From assembly GCA_017608545.1 (NCBI GenBank), contig JAFCFQ010000001.1, positions 1 through 25,250 on the forward strand: a stretch of 25,250 bases of DNA, written 5' to 3'. The notes beneath the pieces are model-generated. The model saw only the letters and a list, made by a program, of their open reading frames with translations. It did not search any database and was not told the DNA's origin. Positions within the stretch are counted from its first letter, which is position 1, and the number at the start of each line of letters is the position of its first letter. Below, piece by piece: positions 1-8,617 of the stretch. Source of the stretch: Candidatus Aenigmatarchaeota archaeon. Its GTDB lineage: Archaea; Aenigmatarchaeota; Aenigmatarchaeia; Aenigmatarchaeales; Aenigmatarchaeaceae. Position numbers and translations under genes: made by a program.

Positions 1-1356
1 GGTAAACAATTAGTTAATTGTGATCCTAATGGAAGATTGGCTGCTGTTATAACTAAAATTACTTATGATCCTCATGCTGGAATGATATCAACTGCCAGAA
101 TCTTTTCTGGTAAATTAACTAAGGGGCAAGATGTTCATATTGTTGATACTGGTAGAACAGCAAAAATTCAACAAGTTACAACATTTATTGCTTTAAGGAG
201 AATACCAGTTGAATATGCGCTTGCAGGAAATGTTGTTGGTATAGTTGGTTTATCAGAAGCTGCTGTTGGTCAAACTATAACAGAACCAAATTTCTCTTTA
301 GAAACATTTAAAGCAATAAAACATATTTTTGAGCCAGTTGTTACAAAATCTATTGAACCCAAACATCCACAAGATTTACCTAAATTAATAGAAATTCTTA
401 AAACGTTAAGTAGAGAAGACACTACATTAAAAGTTCAAATAAATCCAGAGACTGGAGAAACTTTAGTTTCAGGTCTAGGAGAATTACATTTGGATGCGAA
501 GGTTGAAAGAAAAATTAGAGAAAAAGGTATAGAAATCATATCATCACCACCAATTGTTGTTTACAGAGAAACTGTACTTACAAAGTCTCCTGTTATAGAA
601 GGAAAATCTCCAAATAAACACAATAAATTTTATATTTCCGTTGAGTCACTTCCTAAAGAAATTTATAAAGCAATGATAGAAGGTGAAATAAGGGACGGAG
701 AGATAAAGAAAAAGAATTTGGAATTGAGGAAGAAATTGGAAGAAATGGGAATGAGTAGAGAAGATGCGAAAAATGTTATTTTAATTCATAATCATTGTAT
801 GTTTTTAGATTGTACAAAGGGTATTCAATACCTAAATGAAGCTATGGAAGATATAAAAAATGCATTCAAAGACGTTATGGATGGTGGACCTTTAGCAAAA
901 GAACCTTGTGCAGCTGTTATTGTTAGATTGCATGATGCTGAATTACATGAAGATGCTGTTCACAGAGGACCTGCTCAAGTTATGCCAGCTATTCGCCATC
1001 CAATTAATCAAGGTATGCTTAAAGCAGGTGTTACCTTTTTAGAGCCTAAACAAATAATAAGAATAGATACTCCACAAGAGTATATAGGAAACGTAACTGC
1101 TGAAGTAGGAAATAGAAGAGGAGAGATTTTGAATGTTGAACAAGAAGAATATACAGCAGTTATAACAGCAAAAATTCCTGTTGCTGAAATGTTTGGTTTT
1201 GAAGGTGCTTTAAAATCTGCTACTGGTGGTAAAGGTTTTCAATCTTTAATGGATGTTGTATTTGAAAAAATACCAAGTGAATTAAGAGATCAAGTTGCTT
1301 TAAAAATTAGAGAAAGAAAAGGATTACCAAAAGAGATTCCTAAACCACAAATTTAG
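1..1356 (+). CDS. fusA: Translation elongation factor aEF-2, 5'-truncated by the window edge
   Basis: Frame is open from base 1 ([13 protein letters not shown]...). Contains GLGELHL, the diphthamide-target loop [17 protein letters not shown] and C-terminal IRERKGL. Lies directly upstream of EF-1alpha. Confidence 0.97.
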   Translation, partial: GKQLVNCDPNGRLAAVITKITYDPHAGMISTARIFSGKLTKGQDVHIVDTGRTAKIQQVTTFIALRRIPVEYALAGNVVGIVGLSEAAVGQTITEPNFSLETFKAIKHIFEPVVTKSIEPKHPQDLPKLIEILKTLSREDTTLKVQINPETGETLVSGLGELHLDAKVERKIREKGIEIISSPPIVVYRETVLTKSPVIEGKSPNKHNKFYISVESLPKEIYKAMIEGEIRDGEIKKKNLELRKKLEEMGMSREDAKNVILIHNHCMFLDCTKGIQYLNEAMEDIKNAFKDVMDGGPLAKEPCAAVIVRLHDAELHEDAVHRGPAQVMPAIRHPINQGMLKAGVTFLEPKQIIRIDTPQEYIGNVTAEVGNRRGEILNVEQEEYTAVITAKIPVAEMFGFEGALKSATGGKGFQSLMDVVFEKIPSELRDQVALKIRERKGLPKEIPKPQI

Positions 1357-1374
1357 AATCTCAAATCATAAACA

Positions 1375-1410
1375 TTTAAATAATTATATTATAAATAAGC
1401 TAAAAGGTGA
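1375..1410 (+). promoter_or_regulatory. Putative TATA box (TTTAAATA 1375-1382) and SD (AGGTGA 1405-1410) for tuf
   Basis: Matches archaeal TATA consensus. SD lies 4 nt before ATG 1415. Confidence 0.6.
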
Positions 1411-1414
1411 TTTA

Positions 1415-2704
1415 ATGGTTTCAAAACCACACTTGAATTTAGTGACAATTGGTCATGTAGATCATGGGAAATCTACTTTAGTGGGTAGATTAATGTACGA
1501 TACTGGTAACATTAAAGAAGAAGATTTGAGGAAATTAAAGGAATTAGCGAAAGAATTGAAAAAAGAAACCTTTGAATTTGCATTCGTCATGGATAGATTA
1601 AAAGAGGAAAGAGAAAGAGGATTAACGATAGATGTGATGCATAGAAGATTTGATACTCCAAAATATTATTTTACAGTTATCGATGCACCAGGACACAGAG
1701 ACTTCGTTAAAAACATGATAACAGGTGCTTCTCAAGCAGATGCAGCTTTACTAGTTGTTTCAGCAAAACAAGGAGAATTTGAAGCAGGTACTGGGCCAAC
1801 TGGACAAACAAGGGAACACATATTTTTGATAAAAGTTTTAGGAGTAAATCAACTTGTTGTTGCAATAAACAAGATGGATACAGTTAACTATGATGAAGAA
1901 AGATATAAAAAAGTTAAAGAAGAGATTGAAAAACTTCTAAAAACAGTCGGTTATGACACAAGCAAAATACTATTTGTTCCAACTTCAGCTTGGGAAGGAG
2001 ACAATGTTGCTAAGAAATCAGAAAAAATGAAATGGTATAATGGACCAACTTTAGTTGAAGCATTTGATACTTTCATTGTACCACCAAAACCAGTTGACAA
2101 ACCTCTAAGACTTCCTGTTCAAGATGTTTATACAATAACTGGTATTGGTACTGTGCCTGTTGGAAGAGTGGAGACAGGTGTTTTGAAAGTAGGAGATAGT
2201 GTAATATTCATGCCACCTGGTGTAAAAGGTGAAGTAAAATCAATAGAGATGCATCATGAACAAATACCAGAAGCAAAACCAGGAGATAATGTTGGTTTTA
2301 ATGTCAGAGGTATAAGTAAGACTGATGTGAAAAGAGGAGATGTTGTTGGAAAAGCAGATAATCCACCAACAGTTGCGAAAGAATTTATAGCTCAAATAGT
2401 TGTACTACACCATCCAAATGTTATAACAAAAGGTTACACTCCAGTATTTCATTGTCATACAGCACAAGTTGCATGCAAAATAACAGAAATACAAAAGAAA
2501 ATTGATCCTAAAACAGGAGCAACAATTCAAGAAAATCCAGATTTTATTAAAACAGGAGATGCAGCAATTATAAAATGTGTCCCAACTAAACCACTAGTCA
2601 TTGAGAGTTCAAAAGATTTTCCAGAGTTAGCAAGATTTGCAATTAGAGATATGGGTCAAACCGTTGCTGCAGGAGTTTGTTTAGAAGTTACTCCTGCCAA
2701 ATAA
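1415..2704 (+). CDS. tuf: Translation elongation factor aEF-1alpha
   Basis: [54 protein letters not shown]. Confidence 0.99.
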   Translation: MVSKPHLNLVTIGHVDHGKSTLVGRLMYDTGNIKEEDLRKLKELAKELKKETFEFAFVMDRLKEERERGLTIDVMHRRFDTPKYYFTVIDAPGHRDFVKNMITGASQADAALLVVSAKQGEFEAGTGPTGQTREHIFLIKVLGVNQLVVAINKMDTVNYDEERYKKVKEEIEKLLKTVGYDTSKILFVPTSAWEGDNVAKKSEKMKWYNGPTLVEAFDTFIVPPKPVDKPLRLPVQDVYTITGIGTVPVGRVETGVLKVGDSVIFMPPGVKGEVKSIEMHHEQIPEAKPGDNVGFNVRGISKTDVKRGDVVGKADNPPTVAKEFIAQIVVLHHPNVITKGYTPVFHCHTAQVACKITEIQKKIDPKTGATIQENPDFIKTGDAAIIKCVPTKPLVIESSKDFPELARFAIRDMGQTVAAGVCLEVTPAK

Positions 2705-2750
2705 TTTCTTCTTTATTAATTTTTTGTATATTTGATTTCTTTTTATCAGT
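2705..2750 (+). terminator. Putative T-rich archaeal terminator after tuf
   Basis: Oligo-T tracts (TTTTTT, TTTCTTTTT) immediately after the stop, ahead of a convergent gene. Confidence 0.4.
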
Positions 2751-2794
2751 AAATTATTTAAAAATTTACTTGAGTTACCAGCACATTTATTTCT

Positions 2795-3094
2795 TCATTT
2801 TCTTTTTCTCAATTTATCATAAATCCAGACTATGAGACAAGAGAGGAGATAATTTATTAGGGGAGAAAAAAGAAACAAATTATCAAAAAATGCTACAGAA
2901 TTCCAATCCACAAAAAAAGAAATTTGATAAAATATTATATTTGAATAACGACAACCAGAATGACATGGTTGATTAGCTACACATTTAACAACAAAACAAT
3001 CTTCAGAAACAAATGGATTAAAAAATATTGATAAAATTACAAATATCACAACCTTTCTCCAATCTGGTTTCAAGAATTGTTTTATAGTGGTCAT
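2795..3094 (-). CDS. Hypothetical small 2-TM membrane protein with Cys-rich loop
   Basis: 99 aa. Hydrophobic segments near both ends, loop DCFVVKCVANQPCHSGC, basic tail KLRKRK. 4-nt overlap with the upstream 3091-3576 gene. Confidence 0.7.
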   Translation of the reverse strand: MTTIKQFLKPDWRKVVIFVILSIFFNPFVSEDCFVVKCVANQPCHSGCRYSNIIFYQISFFVDWNSVAFFDNLFLFSPLINYLLSCLIVWIYDKLRKRK

Positions 3095-3576
3095 TTCTTT
3101 TTACCTTTTTTACCTTTTCTAACAATAACAAAGTAGATAATTATTGTTATCAATGATATTACTATAATTGGAACAATTATAAACAAGAAAACTAATCCAC
3201 CAATCACTATCCAACCAAGTAAAGCTTCTCCTAGACCACCAGTAGGTAGTTTCTCTTTAGTTGTTTCACCGATATTTCCTGAAACAAAAGTATAACCTAA
3301 TTGATTACAACACTCTTCAAATCCATTAGTTCTAGGATTAATACTACAATTACCAATTTCTGTTTCAACAAATCCGCTAGTGTAATTAATATAATAAGAT
3401 TTCCACCCCCTCGGTAATTCATAATATGTAAATTCATCACCTGCCCAATACATAGCACATTCTTTAGTTTCATGATTTAATGCAAGGCGTTGTGGTGCAG
3501 GAACAGAATAACCTATATTTACAAAAATAGTGATTGTAATTATTGTTGCTATGAAAATAATCCATCTATTCTTCAT
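3091..3576 (-). CDS. Hypothetical secreted, C-terminally anchored protein
   Basis: 161 aa. N-terminal signal-like segment, 4 Cys in the ectodomain, long C-terminal hydrophobic stretch, then RKGKKGKKK. Confidence 0.75.
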   Translation of the reverse strand: MKNRWIIFIATIITITIFVNIGYSVPAPQRLALNHETKECAMYWAGDEFTYYELPRGWKSYYINYTSGFVETEIGNCSINPRTNGFEECCNQLGYTFVSGNIGETTKEKLPTGGLGEALLGWIVIGGLVFLFIIVPIIVISLITIIIYFVIVRKGKKGKKK

Positions 3577-3630
3577 ACTTACAATTTAGAAATCTTGGCT
3601 TAAAAATATGCTTATGTTTTAAGTAAATTA

Positions 3631-3638
3631 TTTAAATA
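3631..3638 (+). promoter_or_regulatory. Putative TATA box for rps10
   Basis: TTTAAATA ending 22 nt before ATG 3661. Confidence 0.55.
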
Positions 3639-3660
3639 CTTTAAGAAATACATAGTGAAT

Positions 3661-3981
3661 ATGCAAAAGGCAAGAATAAAATTAATGAGTACAGATCCTA
3701 AGAAGCTAGATGAAGTTTGTAAAGAATTAAAAGCAATAACAGATAGGTTTGGTGTAGCCATGCGTGGCCCCATCCCATTACCAACAAAAAAACTAAAAGT
3801 TGTTACAATGAAAACTCCTTGTGGGGATGGGACAGGTCATGGAAATGCCACTTGGGATAGATGGGAAATGAGAATTCATAAAAGAGTTATTGATATTTCT
3901 GCAGATGAGAGGACATTAAGGCAAATAATGAGAGTAACAATTCCTGATGGAGTTTCAATAAGTATTCAATTAAGGGATTAA
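3661..3981 (+). CDS. rps10: 30S ribosomal protein uS10
   Basis: [34 protein letters not shown] 3661 preferred over GTG 3655. Confidence 0.98.
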   Translation: MQKARIKLMSTDPKKLDEVCKELKAITDRFGVAMRGPIPLPTKKLKVVTMKTPCGDGTGHGNATWDRWEMRIHKRVIDISADERTLRQIMRVTIPDGVSISIQLRD

Positions 3982-4038
3982 ATTTATTTCTTGATTCATT
4001 TTAAATATAAAAAGTTCTATCAAATAACTATTCATTAT

Positions 4039-4137
4039 GCCGAGATCGCATAACCTGGTAGTGCGCTAGATTAATAAAGGCGAACCTGGAGAGCTAGTGG
4101 GCGAAAGCCCGTGTGGGTTCGAATCCCACTCTCGGCG
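4039..4137 (+). tRNA. tRNA-Ser(GGA) with 15-nt intron (4070-4084) at position 30/31; CCA not encoded
   Basis: Acceptor stem GCCGAGA/TCTCGGC, D stem GCAT/GTGC, T arm GTGGG-TTCGAAT-CCCAC, long variable arm GGGC-GAAA-GCCC, discriminator G73. Splicing gives CTAGC-CT-GGA-GA-GCTAG. tRNA-Ser after rps10 is known archaeal synteny. Confidence 0.93.
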
Positions 4138-4224
4138 CAAAATTTATTTTATACATTGTAAAAAGAAGAAAAAGAGATGAGTTTGCAAAATATCTTTAAA
4201 TAATTCATTTTCTTATCTTTCTTT

Positions 4225-4689
4225 ATGTTTGAGAAAACAGCAATGGTCATTGTAGCTAATATTTTACCTTCCCTTGAACAGCTAGGTGGTATACCATTAG
4301 GAATAGCACTAGGTTTAAATCCTATTTATGCTTTTTTAGTTTCTCTATCTGTTAATTGTCTTTTATTCTTTCCCGTTTATTTTGGATTAAAATTGTTTTA
4401 TAAAAGTTTAATATCAAAAATAAAACTTTTTAATAAGTATTTAGAAAGAGTTAGAAAAGTAGGTAAACCTTATGTAGACAAATATGGAATTATTGGGTTA
4501 ACTTTGTTCATTTCATTGCCTACTCCATTAACAGGAACTTATACAGCTTCGATTTTGAGTTGGTTTTTAGGTTTAGACTGGAAAAAATCTTTTCTTGCAA
4601 TAGCTTTAGGTTCTACTATAGGTGGAATAATTATTTTGTTAAGTTCTGTTGGATTTTTAAATGTCTTGAAGTTTATTTTGAATTTTTGA
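4225..4689 (+). CDS. Small multi-drug export family membrane protein (COG2426-like)
   Basis: EQLGGIPLG and FISLPTPLTGTYTA resemble the family motifs ELRGGIP and PLPGTGAWT. About 4 TM segments. TTTAAATA at 4195-4202. Confidence 0.8.
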   Translation: MFEKTAMVIVANILPSLEQLGGIPLGIALGLNPIYAFLVSLSVNCLLFFPVYFGLKLFYKSLISKIKLFNKYLERVRKVGKPYVDKYGIIGLTLFISLPTPLTGTYTASILSWFLGLDWKKSFLAIALGSTIGGIIILLSSVGFLNVLKFILNF

Positions 4690-4764
4690 TTTTTAATTAA
4701 TTTTATATACTTTCTAATTCTATTATTTTCGGAAAGTTTTCGCAAACTACGTGTTCTGAGAAGA

Positions 4765-4772
4765 TTTAAATA
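4765..4772 (+). promoter_or_regulatory. Putative TATA box of the ribosomal superoperon
   Basis: TTTAAATA ending 34 nt upstream of rpl3 ATG 4807. Confidence 0.55.
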
Positions 4773-4806
4773 GGTTTAAAATTTCATATATATAAAATGT
4801 GATTAA

Positions 4807-5748
4807 ATGCCACAGAGAAAAAGACCTCAAAAAGGGAGTAAAGCATTTTTTCCTAGAAAAAGGGCTAGACGTATCTATCCGAGAATAAAATCATGGCCAA
4901 AAATTAAAGAAGTAAAACCTTTAGGTTTTGCTGGTTACAAGGCTGGAATGTCTCATGTGATATTGGTTGATACTAATCCTAACTCTCCATCAAAAGGTCA
5001 AGAAGTAGCGAAACCAATAACTATTCTTGATTGTCCTCCTATCTTTGTTTTAGGTTTTAGATGTTATACAAATAATAAATCTTCTTTTGATGTTTTTTCA
5101 GAAAAGTTTGACAAAAATTTATCAAGAAAATTAAAAGTTCCTAAAAAACCAAAAACTCTTGAGGAACAATTATCAAAACTACCAAAAAATATTACTAAAA
5201 TAAATTTAATTTGTCATACAAACCCTAGCTTTAAGAAAAAACCTGAAATTTTTGAAATTGCTCTAGGAGGTTCTGTTGAGGAACAGTTAAAGTATGCTAA
5301 AGAAATTTTAGGAAAAAAGATTAGAGTTTCGGATGTATTTAAAGAAGGGGATTTAGTTGATGTCGTTGCTGTAACAAAGGGTAAAGGTTTTCAGGGTCCT
5401 GTTAAAAGATTCGGAGTGAGAACTCATGGAAGAAAAGCTCAACAAATGCAGAGACATGTTGCTCCGTTGGGTCAAAATGAACCAGGAAAAGTTAGATGGA
5501 CAATTCCTCAGGCAGGTCAGGCAGGTTTTCAAACAAGAACAGAATTAAATAAAAGAATTTTGAAAATATCTAATGGTTTTAATGTTAAGGGTGGATTTGT
5601 AAATTATGGTAATATTTCTGGAGATTGTATTTTATTGGAAGGTTGCGTTTCAGGCTCTAAAAAAAGATTGATAAGATTAAGGTTTGCTATAAGACCTAAA
5701 AAAGTTTACCCAATTGAAATTAAACATATTCCAACAGAAAATAAATAA
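4807..5748 (+). CDS. rpl3: 50S ribosomal protein uL3
   Basis: FPRKRA, GYKAGMSH, TKGKGFQGPVKRFG, PQAGQAG. Confidence 0.98.
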   Translation: MPQRKRPQKGSKAFFPRKRARRIYPRIKSWPKIKEVKPLGFAGYKAGMSHVILVDTNPNSPSKGQEVAKPITILDCPPIFVLGFRCYTNNKSSFDVFSEKFDKNLSRKLKVPKKPKTLEEQLSKLPKNITKINLICHTNPSFKKKPEIFEIALGGSVEEQLKYAKEILGKKIRVSDVFKEGDLVDVVAVTKGKGFQGPVKRFGVRTHGRKAQQMQRHVAPLGQNEPGKVRWTIPQAGQAGFQTRTELNKRILKISNGFNVKGGFVNYGNISGDCILLEGCVSGSKKRLIRLRFAIRPKKVYPIEIKHIPTENK

Positions 5749-5759
5749 GGTGTTTAAAA

Positions 5760-6557
5760 ATGAAAACAGTAATTTTTGATGTTCAAGGAAACAAGAAAGG
5801 TGAAATTGAGTTACCAAAAGTATTCAATACAGATTTTAGACCGGATTTAATAAAAAGGGCTGTGTTGGCTATTCAAAGTCATAAAAGACAACCATATGGT
5901 TCAGATAAATTGGCTGGGAAAAGAACATCAGCACATTATCATGGAGTAAGAGTGGGTCCATCGCACATGATGAACATAGAAAGAGCTAGAATGTCGAGAA
6001 TTCATGGAGGCCCTCCAAATTTACAATTAACAGCAAGGTTTGTTCCTCAAGCAGTTAAAGGAAGAAGAGCTCATCCTCCAAAGGTTGAAAAAAATTGGTA
6101 TGAAAAAATTAATAAAAAAGAAAGAATTTTTGCTATAAAATCGGCTATTGCTGCAACAGCTTTTAAAGATATTGTATCAAAAAGAGGACATTTAATTGAT
6201 GATGTTAATTTGCCTATTGTTGTTGATGATTCCTTACAAGAAATTAAAAAAACAAAAACTCTTAAAGAATTTTTAGAAAAGATAGGCCTGAAAAAAGAAT
6301 TAGAAAGAGCAAAAGTTAAAAAAGTTAGGGCTGGTAAAGGAAAGATGAGAGGTAGAAAATACAAGAGAAAAAAATCTATTCTTTTTGTTATTTTTGAAGA
6401 CAAAGGAATTTTGAAAGCTGCAAAAAATATTCCAGGAGTCGATGTTTGCCTAGTAAAAAATTTAAATGCTGAATTGTTAGCTCCTGGAACTCATCCAGGA
6501 AGGCTTACCATATTTACAGAATCAGCAATAAAAAAGCTTGGTGAAATTTATGGATAA
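5760..6557 (+). CDS. rpl4: 50S ribosomal protein uL4
   Basis: FRPDLIKRAV, GRRAHPPK, RAGKGKMRGRKY, LAPGTHPGRLTI. Confidence 0.98.
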   Translation: MKTVIFDVQGNKKGEIELPKVFNTDFRPDLIKRAVLAIQSHKRQPYGSDKLAGKRTSAHYHGVRVGPSHMMNIERARMSRIHGGPPNLQLTARFVPQAVKGRRAHPPKVEKNWYEKINKKERIFAIKSAIAATAFKDIVSKRGHLIDDVNLPIVVDDSLQEIKKTKTLKEFLEKIGLKKELERAKVKKVRAGKGKMRGRKYKRKKSILFVIFEDKGILKAAKNIPGVDVCLVKNLNAELLAPGTHPGRLTIFTESAIKKLGEIYG

Positions 6558-6831
6558 TTTATGGAAAGAAGAAAAATCAAATTTTTTCACTAAATTAAGA
6601 AGAAAAATTAAAAGGGAAAAATGGCTTGTTCATTCTGAAAAACAGGAATTTTCTATACTCATAAAGTATCCTACTACAATTTTAGGTTTATTGATATTTC
6701 CTGATAATTCCTATAATGTTACAGTATTTCATAACGGAAACCAGATAAAAACTTTTGATAAAATACCAGAACATTCTTTAGAATATATGTTGAAAATAAT
6801 TGGAAATGAAATGGTGAATAAATATGCCTGA
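6550..6831 (+). CDS. Hypothetical soluble protein (93 aa) inserted between rpl4 and rpl23
   Basis: ATG 6550 follows GGTGA (the ORF track starts at 6538). Overlaps rpl4 and rpl23 by 8 nt each and fills the gap exactly. Confidence 0.7.
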   Translation: MDNLWKEEKSNFFTKLRRKIKREKWLVHSEKQEFSILIKYPTTILGLLIFPDNSYNVTVFHNGNQIKTFDKIPEHSLEYMLKIIGNEMVNKYA

Positions 6832-7120
6832 AAAAGCAAAAGAAGAAAAACCATTGCTAGTAGATCCTTGGAGTATTTTGCTTTATCCTTTATTAACAGA
6901 AAAGGCGATCGGAAAAATTGAAAGTGAAAACAAGTTAATTTTTATCGTTAATAGAAAATCAAATAAGAGACAAATAAAATGGGCAACTGAAAAGGCTTTT
7001 AACGTTAAAGTTGAAAAAGTTAGAACTTTAATTGATAGAAAAGGAAGGAAAAAAGCTTGGATAAAACTCTCAAAAGAATACTCAGCAAGTGATATTGCTA
7101 CTAGATTAGGTATGTTGTGA
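6824..7120 (+). CDS. rpl23: 50S ribosomal protein uL23
   Basis: YPLLTEKA, ENKLIFIV, KKAWIKL, IATRLG. SD GGTGA at 6813. Confidence 0.97.
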   Translation: MPEKAKEEKPLLVDPWSILLYPLLTEKAIGKIESENKLIFIVNRKSNKRQIKWATEKAFNVKVEKVRTLIDRKGRKKAWIKLSKEYSASDIATRLGML

Positions 7121-7124
7121 TGAT

Positions 7125-7814
7125 ATGGGAAAAAGAATAATTCAAAGAGCTAGAGGAAAAGGCGGGCCAAGGTATCGTGCTCCTAGTCATAGGTATGTAG
7201 GTAAAGTTAAATATGGTTTCAAAAAAGGTGAAGTTGTTGATATTGTTCATGATCCTGGAAGAGATGCGCCTCTAGCTAAAGTGAAAACTGATGAAAAAGA
7301 AGTTTTTATAATAGCTGCTGAGGGTTTAAAAGTTGGTGATACTGTAGATTTAGAAGGTGAGGCAAAAATAGGTAATGTTTTACCACTAAGTAAAATACCA
7401 AAAGGTTCTTCTATTTTTGCTATAGAGAATTATCCTGGCTCTGGTCCAAAGCTTTGTTGTTCTCCTGGAACAAGAGCGCTCATAGTTTCTCATGAAGCAA
7501 AAAAAGTTATTGTTCAAATGCCTTCAAAAGAATTCAAATCCCTTAATCCTAAATGCTTGGCAACAATAGGAATACCAGCTGGTGGTGGAAGAAGAGATAA
7601 ACCTTTTGTTAAAGCAGGTCAAAAATTTTATTTAATGAAAGCAAGAAACAGGCTTTGGCCAAGAACATCTGGTGTAAAAATGAATCCAGTTGATCATCCG
7701 TTTGGTGGTAGAACAAAGCCAGGAATTCCAATGACAGTGTCGAGACATGCTCCTCCAGGAGCAAAAGTAGGATCAATAGCAGCTAGAAGAACTGGTAGAA
7801 GGAAGAAGAAGTGA
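7125..7814 (+). CDS. rpl2: 50S ribosomal protein uL2
   Basis: MGKRII, HDPGR, MNPVDHPFGG, PPGAKVGSIAARRTG. Confidence 0.98.
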   Translation: MGKRIIQRARGKGGPRYRAPSHRYVGKVKYGFKKGEVVDIVHDPGRDAPLAKVKTDEKEVFIIAAEGLKVGDTVDLEGEAKIGNVLPLSKIPKGSSIFAIENYPGSGPKLCCSPGTRALIVSHEAKKVIVQMPSKEFKSLNPKCLATIGIPAGGGRRDKPFVKAGQKFYLMKARNRLWPRTSGVKMNPVDHPFGGRTKPGIPMTVSRHAPPGAKVGSIAARRTGRRKKK

Positions 7815-7818
7815 TAAT

Positions 7819-8199
7819 ATGCCTAAAGTATTCACTTATAAAGGCAAAACAATTGAGGAACTACAAAAAATGAGTTTAGAAGAGTTTGCAAAGTTAGTTT
7901 CAGCAAGAGAGAGAAGAAGTTTATTAAGAGGTTTTAATGATGTCGAAAAAAAGTTTTTACAAAAAATAAGAAAATCTGATAAGCCTGTTAGAACACATTT
8001 AAGAGAAATGGTAATAATACCTGAAATGCTTTTCAAGAAAGTTTTAGTTCATAATGGTAAAGAATGGATATTACTTGAAATAAAGCCTGAAATGCTTGGA
8101 CATCGTTTAGGTGAATTCGCTTTAACAAGGAAAAAAGTTGTCCATTCAGCACCTGGAGTAGGTGCTACAAAATCATCAAAGTTCCTTCCGTTAAAGTGA
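7819..8199 (+). CDS. rps19: 30S ribosomal protein uS19
   Basis: FTYKGKTIEELQKM, RTHLREM, EMLGHRLGEF, GVGATKSSKFLPLK. Confidence 0.98.
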   Translation: MPKVFTYKGKTIEELQKMSLEEFAKLVSARERRSLLRGFNDVEKKFLQKIRKSDKPVRTHLREMVIIPEMLFKKVLVHNGKEWILLEIKPEMLGHRLGEFALTRKKVVHSAPGVGATKSSKFLPLK

Positions 8200-8203
8200 T
8201 GTT

Positions 8204-8617
8204 ATGAAGTATTCCATAAAAACAAAAGAAAAAGTTCGTGCTTTAGGTACATTTTCAATTTCACCAATAAATGCGACAAAAGTCTGTAGAGCATTAAATA
8301 GAAAAAAATTTAGTGATGCAAAAAAGTTTTTAGAAAAATTAATTAACAAAGAAGTCTCAATAAATGGGAAATATTTTACTAAGACTTCTAAAGAAATTTT
8401 AAAACTTTTAGATCAATTGGAAAACAATGCAAAAGCTATGAACTTGGATGCAAATTCATTAAATCTTTTTATATCTGCACATAAAGGTTCTACAATGTAT
8501 AGAGCTAGAAGAGATAGAAGGCATGGTATTAAATTAAAATCAGCTCATATACAAGCTGTTTTAAGTGATAAAAATGGCTTTGGAAAAAAAGTTCGTGAAA
8601 GAAGCAATAAGAAATAG
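8204..8617 (+). CDS. rpl22: 50S ribosomal protein uL22 (short, divergent)
   Basis: Syntenic between rps19 and rps3. ISPINATKVCRAL, LENNA, SAHIQAVL. Confidence 0.9.
   Translation: MKYSIKTKEKVRALGTFSISPINATKVCRALNRKKFSDAKKFLEKLINKEVSINGKYFTKTSKEILKLLDQLENNAKAMNLDANSLNLFISAHKGSTMYRARRDRRHGIKLKSAHIQAVLSDKNGFGKKVRERSNKK

Noticed and set aside
931-978. Possible loss of the diphthamide target in EF-2
   Set aside because: The [11 protein letters not shown] motif with the target His is intact.
4066-4097. Reading the tRNA with anticodon AAT and a canonical 37/38 intron
   Set aside because: This leaves an A31:G39 mismatch. The long variable arm and G73 indicate Ser, and the 30/31 splice gives a fully paired stem and a BHB.
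4731-4748. Small inverted repeat upstream of rpl3 (AGTTT-TCGC-AAACT) as an autoregulatory leader
   Set aside because: Only a 5-bp AT-rich stem, and it lies upstream of the putative TATA box, so probably not in the transcript.
7118-7816. Tandem stops after rpl23 (TGATGA) and rpl2 (TGATAA) as a sign of TGA reassignment or Sec readthrough
   Set aside because: Both proteins are complete at the first TGA. TGA ends many genes here, Trp is encoded by TGG, and GTGA doubles as the SD of the next gene.
8574-8617. 44-nt rpl22/rps3 overlap as a possible recoding site
   Set aside because: uL22 homology ends near IQAVLSD. The tail looks like stop-codon drift, and there is no slippery site or downstream structure.
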